A DNA stretch of 64,000 bases from Mobula hypostoma. Its lineage: Eukaryota. The stretch covers positions 141,236,001-141,300,000 of the forward strand of contig NC_086097.1 of the NCBI RefSeq assembly GCF_963921235.1, written 5' to 3'. The position numbers and the translations under genes were made by a program. The notes below the pieces were generated by a model, which had not been told where the DNA came from, did not search any database, and saw nothing but the letters and a program-made list of their open reading frames with translations. Positions 49,569-61,477 of the stretch are shown here, piece after piece; position 1 is the stretch's first letter, and the number at the start of each line of letters is the position of its first letter.

Positions 49569-52500
49569 TCACATTGGGGTTATATATTCAATCCATTTAT
49601 TCCAAATTTGATAAAATTTTTCTTTTTGAATTCTCAGGGAGTAAGTCATCTTTTCCATTTTAAATATTTCCAAGATAATTTCGTGCCAATCTTCTAATGT
49701 AGGTGGTATTGGATTTAGCCACTTTCTGATGATTGATTTCTTACTTGCCTCTAAATGGGCCTGAAGCAACTTTATATCTTTCTTCTGTTCAAGAAACAAT
49801 ACATGCCCCAAATAGAACGTCTCAAAGTTCAGAGGTATCTGGGTCTTAAGTACCTTGACTAATGTTCTATGAATACCTTTCCAAAATAAACTTAATTTAG
49901 GGCAATCCCAGAAAATATGGAAATGATTTGCCTCCTTGGAGCCGCACCTTCTCCAACACGTCACTTTTGTGTCTTTATATTTTTCCTGATATGGCGTCTT
50001 GAAGTATCTTATAATATTTTTCCAACAATGTTTTCTCCAAGTCAAAGAATTAGTCGAAGACCACTGAAAGCTACATATTTTCCCCTAAGCCTCCTCTGAA
50101 AGTACCAACCCCGCTTCTTTCTCCCACTTCTCTTTAATATACAATGTGTTTACATTTTTAGGATGGGACAGTGCATTATATAATCGAGAAACTGATTTAC
50201 TTGGTATTGAACTGCAAGCCGAATTCAGAATCTTGAAAAATTCTAGTTCTACTGTTGATAGGTCTGTATATCTACAACTCTGGTTAACATAGTGTCGTAC
50301 TTGAAGGTACCTAAAAAAATCATTGTGTTCTAGGCCATGTTTGTCCTGCAGGAATTGGAAACTTTGTAATACTCTTTTATGTGTAAATGAGAGGTAGGTT
50401 GTAAGACCTTTCTTCATCCATAGTTCAAATCTTTTATCTCCTCTGTTGGGAAGGAATTCGGTATCATATGCACACCATCTGAAAAGTTTTAACATGTTAT
50501 TGATTCCACATGAATTAACCACCTTCTGCCATACTTTTAATGTAAGATTTATCCAGCTGTTTTTCAACTTTTCCAACTGGGCCATCAATCCTTTGTCAGC
50601 TATTGAGGCCTGCAGAGGAAAACTGTCAACTAATCCAAATTCTATTTCCTTCCCTCTAGCCTTATATTCCTTATTACACCAATATAACAGAGGGGTTATC
50701 TGTGTAGCATAAAAATAAGTTCTCAAGCAAGGAAGTATCATACCTCCTCCTTTCTTCCCTAACTGTAAGGTGTTATATCGAATTCTAGGTTTCTTTCCTT
50801 GCCAGATAAAGCGGGAAATCCATTTGTCTCATTCCCTGAATTGATTATCATCCACCTCCACAGGTAAAGTCCAGAAAAGATACAGTAACCGAGGGAGAAT
50901 ATTCATTTTTATGGTAGTTATCCTTGAATTTAAACTTAAAAAGGGGATAAGATTCCATCTATGCATATCTGCATCTATCTCTGAAATTAATGGCCCACAA
51001 TTTACCTGTGACAGCGTTGAAAGATCCTTCAGCAGGGTTATTCCTAAATATTTTAATGATTTAGCTTCCCACTTAAGATCATATGTATCCTGCAGTTTTT
51101 CAGATGGTGTATAATTTAGGGACATAACTTGCGTTTTCTTTACATTTATTTTATAACCTGATATTTTCCCAAGTCATCCAACAGTGTAAACAATCCTATA
51201 AATGATTTTCCTGGTTCACTCAGATGGACTAAAACACTATCTGCGAATAACACCACTTTCTGTTCAATCCCTGCCACCTTGATACCTTTTATGATTTCGC
51301 TGTCTTATTAGTTGGGGCAAGCGGTTCAATATATAGCGCAAAAAGGAGAGGAGAAATTGGGCATCCCTGTCTAGTGCCTCTCTCTAAAATAAACAAGTCA
51401 GAAAGATCCCCATTTATCTTAATTCGAGCTGTAGGGCTGTCATGTAGAGTCTGGATTACTTTAATAAACTTTTCTTGAAAGCCGAAGCTTCCTAACACTC
51501 TGTATAGGAATGCCCAACTAACCGAATCAAAAGCTTTCTCAGCGTCTAATCCCACTACCATTGTCTCTGTCTCATTCTTAATAACCTGTTCTAGTATGTG
51601 TAGAGTTCTCCTTATGTTGTCCTGTGTTTGTCTTTGTTGAATAAATCCAGTCTGGTCTAAGTGGATTAGGCCACGTAAAAACTTTTCCAATCTGCGCGCT
51701 AATATAGGTGTAAATAATTTGTAATCTAAATTAAGAACATTAATTGGCCAATAATTACCACATTCTAGTTTATCTTTACCCTCTTTAGGAATAACTGAAA
51801 TAATCGCTTCTCTCCAGGAAGGTGGAGTTTCTCCTCTCTGCAAGACCCAATTAAAGGTATTAAGTAGTAATGGGGCGAACTGTGACTTCAGCGATTTGTA
51901 CCACTCTGAAGTAAACCCATCAGAACCTGAAGACTTTCCAGCCTTTAATCTAGAGATGGGCACATTTAGTTCTTTGACAGTTACTGGTTCTAATAGGCAT
52001 TCATTTTGTAAATCTGTAAGCTTGGGTAGATCTAAAGAATTCAATAAAGTGTCTATATAGGGCTCATTGGAGGCCCGGGGTTGGGAGTACAGCTCTCGAT
52101 AATATGTTTCAAAACTCTCTTGAATTTTCCCTGTTGTATTCTCCACAAGCTTTGTCTTTAGATTCTTTATTTTATGAATTGTATTGTCTGCTTGTTGTTT
52201 TCGTAATTTATATGCTAATAATCGAGCTGATTTACCTCCTACTTCATAATTCTTTTGTCTCAGGTAAAGAAAATTTCTTTGAGTTTCCAATGTATAAATA
52301 TCATCAATTTCACTTTGCAATTTCCTAATTTTGTGTTTTAAATTAGAATTACTTTTGTTGCTATCTACAACTTGAAGTTGTTTCAATTTTCCTTGAAGGT
52401 CTGCTAATTTTTGTGCATTGATTTTTTTCATGTGAGTGGTAATGGAAGTAATTTTTCCTCTCAGACAGCTTTCAATGTATCGCATAAAATCACTGGTGAT

Positions 52501-53339
52501 GTTTCTCCTGTGTCATTCAGGTCTAGGTATTCTTTGATTTCTCCCCTTAATCTCTCCATTACTTTCGGGTTATTGAGTATATGTGAATTTAACCTCCACA
52601 GTGTTTTCCTCATTTTCCTTTCCAGGATTAGAGACATAGAGACTGGGCTATGATCTGACAGATCAATTGTTGCAATATTACACTTTTTTATCCCGAGTCT
52701 ATCTGTATTAAATATAAAGAAATAGTCTATCCTTGAATATGCTGAATGAGGGAAAGAGTTATCTGTATAATCTTTACCAGTGGGGTGTAATTCCCTCCAC
52801 ACATCTATAATTCCCAACTCCTCCATCAATAAATTTATTTTCCGAGTCAGAGGTTTATTCTGAGTAACTATTCTTGAAGAATCTAATGCAGGATTTAACC
52901 TAATATTAAAATCCCCTCCACAGATTACTACCCCTTGAGAACTGACCATTAGGTCAAAAATGTGTCTATATAATAACTATTCACAATCTGGTGGAGCATA
53001 AACATTCAGCAATGTTATTTCTGTACCTTCTATTCTTCCTGTAATTTTTACAAATCGTCCACCTTTCTCTTTAGTCTCTGAAATATGTTCATAATTAAGA
53101 GTACTTGATATTAAAATAGCTACCCCTCTTTTGTGGCTCAATTTTAATGATGAATAAAATACATGCTTAAAGCCCATTCTTTTTAAGTTTTCGTGTTCGG
53201 ATTGGCTCATATGTGTTTCCTGGAGGAAAGCTATTTGTGCCCTCTCTTTTTTCAATTTAGACATAATCTTATTTCTTTTAATTGGATTCAAAACCCCATT
53301 AACATTATAGGAAATTATTTTTATCAATTCAATTTGCAT
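49569..53339 (-). pseudogene. L1 ORF2p (APE endonuclease, RT, C-terminal Cys motif) broken into at least six ORF pieces
   Basis: ISYNVNG, LQETH, GGDFN, SRIDYF, SDHSP, LDAEKAFD, GTRQGCPISPLLF, KYLGI, CWRRCG..HIFWDCP. Confidence 0.9.
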
Positions 53340-53695
53340 TTTTCTCTAGTAGAAAAACAACCCTCCTTTTCTAACCAAACAGTAAGCAATCCCTTCTCAA
53401 CAGTAAACCAAAACATATAACCACATCCTAGACATTTTTGAACGTATAACATTTGAAAATTTTTCCCGACTTCCAACAATGAGGCCTGAGCACCGACCCG
53501 CCTCAGTTCAGAGGGATAACCTCTATCTTCACCCTGTGTTACAGGGCCCTCGGCAGTTTGAATAACCATAGAGAATTTTCTCCTATTTATGTCTCGACCA
53601 TATTGCTACCATTCAAGTTATTCCGTCTAGTTTATTTTCAGTTACCAGCTTTCATTTTACCTTTAAGTCCGATTTACTCTTTTCAGTCATTTCTC

Positions 53696-54685
53696 TTAAT
53701 TAATCTGTATTCTCTGTACATTCGCGTCTGAATATTTGCAGCTTTTCCTTGTAGTTTGACACTCTGGTTCGTGCAGAGCGTCCTCGCCACACTGGCTGCC
53801 ACAACTTCTGCCGAATCCTCTCCAGTAGCGACTCCGGTTTGGTGATAACTTTAACAGGTAGTCCCCGGTCCTCCAAGTCCGACGTTGCCTCCTCCGCCGT
53901 AGCGTAAGTTTTTGTTCTTTCATCGTAAAGACTCTCAGCCGAGCTGGATACAGGGTCTGGAATCTGATGTTGTTTTTCTTCAGGACCCTCGGTGTTTCCG
54001 CATATTCCTTCCGTCTGGCAAGTATCCCCGGTGCGTAATCGTGGTCAAAGCTGATTTTACAGTTGCTCCATATGAAACCTTTCTTTTGCCATGCCCGTTT
54101 AAGCACCTCTTCCTTCGATCTGTAACTGAGAAATCTGACTAGAATCAATCTGGGCTGCGCGCCTGTCGGGGGTAGCGGTGCCAACGCGCGGTGAGCCCTT
54201 TCTATCTGTAGGTCTTTTGAGGCCGGTATATCAAGGTTCTCTCTAAGCAGCTTCTCCACGAAGGGAATCATCAATCCGGGTTTACCTTCGGTTCCTTCGG
54301 GAACTCCGTAGATCCTCACATTTTCCCTTCTTGAGCGGCCTTCTTGATCTATTAGTTTCCACTGGAGCTGGTCTTGCAGCTTCAACATTTCTGCTATCAC
54401 TTCCTCGGCGTTTTGTAGCTTCTCCTCAATTCCTACAATCCTCGCTTCGGCTTCGTCTATCCTCGAATTAGTTTTTAGTATTTCTTCTTTAATATCTCCC
54501 AGCTGTTTATTGTTATCTTGTCGGAACTCGCGAATCTCTCCAAGAATCAAAGACAGATTCACCGATTCCTCCTCATTATCTCCGTCCTGGCTTGCCGTGG
54601 GAGAGCTAGGCCCGTCGCCTTGCTGCGTCTCTTTGTGTTTATCAGCCTTCTGAGCGGACTTTTTAATCTTGTTCGTAGACATCAT
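53696..54685 (-). pseudogene. L1 ORF1p (coiled coil, RRM, CTD), probable frameshift near the C-terminus
   Basis: EGRSRRENVRIYGVPEG, IERAHRAL, RLILVRFLSY, LYPARLRVF. Confidence 0.88.
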
Positions 54686-54884
54686 CCTTGCCTCCTTTAT
54701 TAATATAGTTATACAATATTAAGTATTTGTCTAATTTCGATTTGGGGGCAGTTTACCTTCTTTTTTGTCGAGAGACCTTTTCCTTACACCGCCATTCCCT
54801 TGATGACCTGGAAGTCCAACTCCCTCGGAATCCTCTTGCTTCAGACTTTTAAACATGCTCTGACTTTGATTTCTGTTTCCACAG

Positions 54885-55001
54885 GCAGATGTCTCGGTGC
54901 CGAACTGACACAGTCTCCGATGTCCATCACCAAACAAGTGGGCAAAACTGCGGTCGTGAGCTGCGATCTGAGCAGAGTGAGCACGGACTATATCCGGCAG
55001 C
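54885..55001 (+). pseudogene. TRGV: TRGV pseudogene V5, V-exon remnant (separated from its leader by an L1; FR2-to-RSS deletion)
   Basis: Acceptor TTCCACAG ends at 54884, FR1 ELTQSPMSITKQVGK, extra 9-nt loss at the WY codons, same jump to the post-RSS flank as V3. Confidence 0.88.
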
Positions 55002-58000
55002 TAGAGGTCACACGAATCATTTGCGACTCAGAGATTTCGCAGCTTATGCCATAAATGCCTTCACCTTAGTTCGGATAAAGAACTCTATCAATTCCACGAA
55101 AGTTACCCGATCAGCCTCATCGACAGTCTATTCATTTACACTCGTCGGTCAAGAATAGGGAGTTGGGAGAATATTTCCAAAGGGTACGAGAGCCCTAACT
55201 TAGACACTCTCCCTCCTCTCATCTTGGTGGATGGGTCACTGGTCTATTCCTCCTTGCGTCTCGCCCAGTGTGGGACAGGGTCCAGTACCTAGTGGACTGG
55301 GAGAGATAGGGTCCAGAGAATCTTTCTTGGGTTCCAATTCGTGACATCCTGGAAAAGTCACTCATCTAGGACCTCCAGCGGGCACAGGTCTCCAGTGCTT
55401 CTGGAACTGTGGCGAGGTGGGGTTGCGGGAGTGGTGATCTGTGAAAACCATGTACTCTGTTGGTTGTGGAGAGGGCAGCTGAAAGCGGTCATCAGCAATC
55501 ACGCTCGTGAGAATGCACATCGCAGACAATTAGGGTTGCATTGTAGTTTTATTTAACTCCCTTCAGTCTTGTCGAGTCTTGACTGAAGCACAACGACGGC
55601 GACAATCCCCTGATTACCATAGCCCACTTTCCAAGAAAGAAGACTCCAATTTAGATTGACACCTTAAAGGAGTGCTACTAACTTACTATTAAGTTACTGC
55701 TTCTAAAGCTCTGTGTCAGCGTTAGATTTTTAGTTTGAATTTTAGTTTGTAGCCCTATTGGCTTTGCATTTATTATTTTCCTTTTATTTGTGCAGTGGTT
55801 ATTAAATTTCAATTTACCCAAGAGTCATTGTTGGGACCTCTGTCATTAATTATTATGTAAAGGATTTGGATGTGAATGTATACAGCACGATGTTCACTTG
55901 TCATTTAAATCATTAATATAAGTGACCAACAACAATGGATCAATCACCGATTCCTGCAGCACAGCACTAGTCACAGGCCTCCAGGCAGAGAGTCAAACAC
56001 TAACCACCATTCTCTGGCTTCCTCCGCTAAGACAACATTGAATCTAACTGACTACTTCAACCTGAATACCAGGCGACTCAATCTTCTCGACGATTCTGCC
56101 ATATCGTAATTTATCAAAGGCTTTTCTAAAGACCATTGTGTTCCCTTCAGCAAACTTCTTGGTAACCTCCTTAAAGAAAATCTCTATAAATTAGTTGGAC
56201 AGGACTTACCATGCATTAAGCCATATTGCTTATCTCTTTCAGGCCCTGTCTATCCAAACACTGGTACATCTACATCCTATCCATGAAAAAACCTTCCGAA
56301 GATAAACTGACGACTAATGTCAGGTTCACCAGGCTCCAATTTCCTGATTATTCCTAGAACCATTCTTAAATGTTAGCAACCCTCCAGTCCTCTACTACCT
56401 CACCCATGGGTAAGGATGTTTTAAATATTACTGCCAGAGTCCCTGGAATTTCTGCACTAGCCTCCCACAACTTTGGAGAGGACACCTCATTAGGCCTTTG
56501 GTATTTATTCACCCTAAATTCTTGTCAAGACAGCAAGCACTTCCTCTTCTGTAATCAGAACATGGTCCATGACCTCTAGTGTTTTGCCAGATTCTATAGT
56601 ATCTGTGTCTGTCTCCTGAGTAAATTCACACACAAAAATAAAACAGTTAATACTTTTCCGCGTCTATTTTAGCTTCATGCATATATGACCAACTTGATCT
56701 TCAAGGGGACTAATTTTGTCCATCTCTATCCTTTTGCTCCCAGTACCTATAGAACCCTTGGATTCTGGTTTAACTTGTCTTCTAGAGCAACCACTTATCC
56801 TCTTTCAGCTTCCCGATCTTTCGCTTGTGTTCTCTTATATGTCTTATATTCCTCAAGTGCCCCATTTAACACTAGCTGCCAATACTGATATGTGCTTCCT
56901 TTTTGTTTATCTGGTCCTCAATATCCTTGAGAGTTCTGGTGCGGGTTTCCCTAAAGGCTAACTTGCTGTTTGACTCAGTAGTGGAGAAGGCAAATGCAAT
57001 GACAGCAATAATTTCGAGGGGTCTAGTATTTATTCAGAATAGAATGGGAATCAGGTTTAATATCACTGACATAGATCGTGGAACGTTATTTAGCGGCTGC
57101 AGTTCAGTGCAATATATAATAAAATCTATAAATTACAATTAGATATATGTTAAATTAAATAAGTCGAGAAGAAGAGAGCAAAGCAAAAAAAAAATAATGG
57201 ATCCATTGTCCATTCAGAAATCTAATAAATAAAAACTGTAATGTTGAGTCTTTATAAGAGATCGGTAGACTACTTATGCAGTATCCTCGGTGCTTTTGGG
57301 CTCCATATCCGGCAAAGAATGGCCTGGCATTATAGAGGGTCCAGAGGAGGTTTAAGATAATGGTTCCAGGAATAAAAGGGTTATCACATAAGGAACATTT
57401 GATGGTAGCAGGCCTGTTCTTGCTGGAGCCTAGAAGACTACGGGATATCTCTGTGAACCCCACTGAATATGTAAAGGCCTGGACGATGAGAAGATTTTCC
57501 AGTAGTGGGAGAGTCCAGGACCAAAGGGCACAGACACATAATAGAACATCATTTCAGAACAGAAACGAGGAGGAACTGAGAATCTGTGAAATTCGTTGCC
57601 AGAAACGGCCATGGAGGCAAAGTTATTGGGTTTATTGAAGCGGAGGCTGATAAGTACTTAATTAGTCATAGTGTCAAAGGGTATTCGGAAAAGACAACGA
57701 AATGGGGCTGAAAGGAGTAAAGGAAACAGATATGATTAAATGGCCGACCTGACTCAATGGATCGAATGGCCTAATCTTGCTCCTGTGTCTTATCGTCTTA
57801 CGACTGGTAGAGCGATTGCAGTCGGAGCATTTACACAGGAAGTGTCTGAATCAGTTAACATAACCTGTCCTAAAGGAGTTATCGGAAGGAGAAATTGTTA
57901 ACGAATGAGTTGATTTAAGGAGAAGGTTTGCGGGAGGTGTGCAACTAGGACTTGGTTAGTTATGTCAATTGGACGTTTACAGCGACAGGAAAGAGGGTCC

Positions 58001-60859
58001 TGGGCATTCGATAAAGGACGTACACTGCCCAGGCACCGGGGTAGCGTAGCGAATAGCGCGACGCTATTACAGCTCCGGGTTTTAAATTGTTCCGTGATTG
58101 GGTTAGTGTTAATACCATTTGTCGAGGCTGACTGGGCCTACTTCGTGCTGTATCGCTAACTTAGCAAATTAGATATGGTCCTTTCAAATTTCACAGCGGA
58201 AGCCAATGTAAGTTAATATTTACTGACATGTTCTGCCCAGTTGGAATAATTAAAACCACGTTAATAGGGAAAGATGAACAGATTTACAGACATGGTGCAG
58301 ATGGCATTCGGTTCATCAAACATCCCACCCAACGGAATGTATACGGAATACGGTCGCGGCGACGGGGCGGATGCGAGACAGTCCAGGGTCGGCACTTTAA
58401 GAGCGTGTGGGGAGGATATCGCTCTCCTTGTTCTGCCACAGACTCCGGAGACAAAGGATCAAAAGATTAGACAAAGTGAAGGCCAGGATGGAGAAACCGG
58501 GGGTGTCTGTGAGAATTATCTCCATCTACTCCTGACGTCTGAAGGAGCCGAGCAACATCCCAACCCAACTCCCCCGTCCGCCGCTCTGAAACCACTTGCT
58601 CCAACTATGGTGTTCGGCGGGAAATTTCGGGAAAGTCACGAAACAGCAATAAAGGGATGATAAATATTTTAAATATGTTGACGTGTAACTGGAAAGACAA
58701 CTGTCAGGAGGTGACTAATTTGGGGAAAGTTTTACGACGGAACGGTACCGGATCGGTTAGTGTAACGGTATTATAGCGCCAGCGACCCAGGTTAAGTTCC
58801 GTCGTTGTCCTGAAAGGAATTTGTACCTTCTTCCTGTGGCTGCGTGGGTTTACTCCGGCTGCTCCGGTTTCCTCCCTCGGTCAAAAGACGTAAGGATTAG
58901 TAGGCGCCCAAAGCAACACACACAAAATGCTGGAGGAACTCAGCAGGCCAAGCAGCATTTATAGAAAAGAGTAATTAGTCTTGGGCCGAAACCCTTTTTC
59001 AGGACTGGAAAGGACTGGGAGAAGTCAGAATGAGAATTCCTTCAGCATCTGCAAAATCTCTCCTCTTGCCGGGTTAGTAGGTCAATTGATCACATTGATA
59101 GAATTGGATAGCCCAGACTGGTTGGCCCAGAAATGCCTGTTATCGTGACGGATTTCTTCATGTTAAGGAGAGCAAGTTCGAAACCAAATAAAAATCGTGT
59201 ACTGAGCTCAATGGCCCTTAGAATTGTTTTAAATCTCTGCACGGTCGCCAGTCAGACTACTTTATTCCGTGGAAAACAGTCCCAACATATCCGATCTCTA
59301 TAACTAAAATCCTCCAATCCCAGAAACATACTTGTGAATCTTTTCTGCGTCCTCTCTAGTTCACTCACACACAAATAATTAAGCAATAAATACTGAGGCA
59401 ATGAGGTGAATATCCTTGAAAGTGAGCCCATATGTTCTGGGAACATTTCAGTGACGGGTCAACTGAAGTTATACCATTTGGTTGAAGAGCCTGATTGTGG
59501 AGGGGTAATACCTGTTGGTGAACCTGGTGGTGTAGTTCTGAGGCTCCTGTCCGTACTTCCTGATGGGAGCAGTGAGAGGAGAGCATGATCTGCAATGTGG
59601 GGGAGGGGTGGGGTGGGTGGTGTTTCTGATGACGGGTGTTGCTTTCCTTAAAACATCACTTCTTAAAACATTTCCTCACTGTGGATGTAAGTGATACTGG
59701 ACTTTAGTCATTGAGGACGGTCACCATGTTCCTCTGAGGCACCAGAATCAGAGAAGTCTGATTGAAGCAGATGGGTACATCAGTCAAAGAGACAGGTTAA
59801 AGATCAGTGAACAGTCCAGCCAGTTTATTAGCAATGGTCTTTAGCACTTGGCCAGGTATCCTGTCTGGGCTGGATGATTTTCATGGGTTCATCTTCCAGA
59901 AGGCTGCCTGTATATCAGACTCAGAGACTAAAATCACTCGATCGTCAGGCGCTGTGAGTGTTTGTGATGGTTCCTCCATGTTTTGATGTTCGAAACAAGC
60001 ATAGAAGGCATTGCGTTCATCTAGAAGTGAGCCCTGTTGTCACCTTTGTCACTTGATTTTACTTTATAAGAAGTGATAGAATTTAACCCCTGCCACAACT
60101 ATTGACTATCCTTTGTTGATTCAGGTTTACTCTGGAAAATAAGAAGTCCTTGCCCATAAGGATGCTTTCCAGAAAATGTACCAGGACCGCTTGTAGCTTT
60201 ATTGGTCACCAGACTTGAATGTCTCTGACCTGGCCCTCAGCAAATTGCTGATTTCATGGTTCATACAAGACATCTGACGAGAGAAGACTCTGAATGAGTT
60301 TTTGGGGAGACACTCGTCTACAACTGTTTTTCTAATGTCCATAATGTAGGTGCCCAGTGAACCTACATGGTGTAGGTATATTTATTCAAATCCATATGTG
60401 TGTCCTTGAAAATGGCCCAGACCACTCGAAGGAATTCCATATAGCAATAACTACTCATATGCCCCCCTCGACCAACTCGTTGTTGTCCTTATCTCTGGAG
60501 ATTATATCTAGTTCCTTGATTTGCCTCCCTCATAGTTTGACCTATCCCTCATACAGATACTGGTTTTCAGTGAATAATGTGCAAAGTCACCTTGGGCCCT
60601 CTGAACATACACACCTTGCAAACTGCCATCAATTGAAAGAAACCTACTATTAAATGGGATAGGGTGACATCATATTTTCTACTATACATTCCCTTCAGCA
60701 ACAATGGATGGAATTCATTGATGGAATTGGATAGCCCGGGCTCGTTGGACCCGAAAGGCCTGTTATCGTGACGGATTTATTCACGTTAAGCGACAGCAAG
60801 TTCGAATGCAAGCAGGTCGTCTAATGAACTGCTGTGCAATTCAAACAAAATCTCATTTT

Positions 60860-61014
60860 ATGCAGAGGAAATTCTAGTGTCGTTTTCAAATGGAGTTGGA
60901 AGGCGTGGTCTGTGACACGTTGCGAGAAAGTGGGACGTGAAGCCTGCTGTTATTTATAACTAGCCAGGCCACGTCTAAATCCGTGTCAAATACAGTCACA
61001 ACTCGACAAACACC
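60860..61014 (+). promoter_or_regulatory. V6 proximal promoter (TATTTATAA 60951-60959)
   Basis: Paralog of the V promoter block. Confidence 0.6.
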
Positions 61015-61438
61015 ATGCGGCTGGGTTGCGTGGCTTTTGTGATACTTTTCCTCCGTTAGTTGATTGATTTTGATCCGTTTACTCTCTATTTGTTTCAGAC
61101 TTTGAAACACGTTATGACTTTGATTTCTGTTTTCACAGGCAGATGTCTCGGTGCTGAATTGACACAATCTCCGATGTCCATCACCAGAAATGTGGGCAAA
61201 ACTGCCGTCATGAGATGCGATCTGGGCACAGTGAACACGGACTATATCCACTGGTACCGGCAGCCAGATGGGCAACGCCCGGTCAGGATCCTCTATTACA
61301 ATAATGGGGCCAACGTACACGACGATGGATTTGATAACAGATTTGAAGCGAGCAATGCTGGAGATAAGCAGAATATTTTAACTGTGACCCGTCTCCAGAA
61401 AGAGGACTCCGGCACCTATTACTGTGCCTATTGGGACA
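61015..61438 (+). CDS. TRGV: TCR gamma V segment V6 (leader 61015-61054, intron 61055-61138, V exon 61139-61438)
   Basis: Open frame; RCDLGTVNTDYIHWYRQ..ILYY..DSGTYYCAYWD, closely matching the mammalian TRGV pattern CDL...YIHWY...LYY...DSG.YYCA.WD. Confidence 0.92.
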
Positions 61439-61477
61439 CACAGAGTTAAACTACAGCCGGCGCTGCTGACAAAAACT
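61439..61477 (+). other. 23-RSS of V6 (CACAGAG / 23 nt / ACAAAAACT)
   Basis: Heptamer 61439-61445, spacer 61446-61468, nonamer 61469-61477. Confidence 0.9.

Larger units (their letters stand above)
48352..54835 (-). mobile_element. Full-length L1-clade LINE inserted in the V5 leader intron
   Basis: TSD TTACTTCAGAC(ATTT) at 48341 and TTGCTTCAGAC(TTTT) at 54836; poly-T tail at left; ORF1, EN-RT ORF2 and short 5-prime UTR present. Confidence 0.92.
46722..57863 (+). repeat. Segmental duplication unit carrying V5 pseudogene (sister of the V3 unit)
   Basis: Shares both diagnostic deletions with the V3 unit. Confidence 0.75.

Noticed and set aside
3443-57864. Duplications as an assembly artefact
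   Set aside because: Units are clearly diverged and have private TSD-bounded insertions, which mis-assembly of identical reads would not produce.
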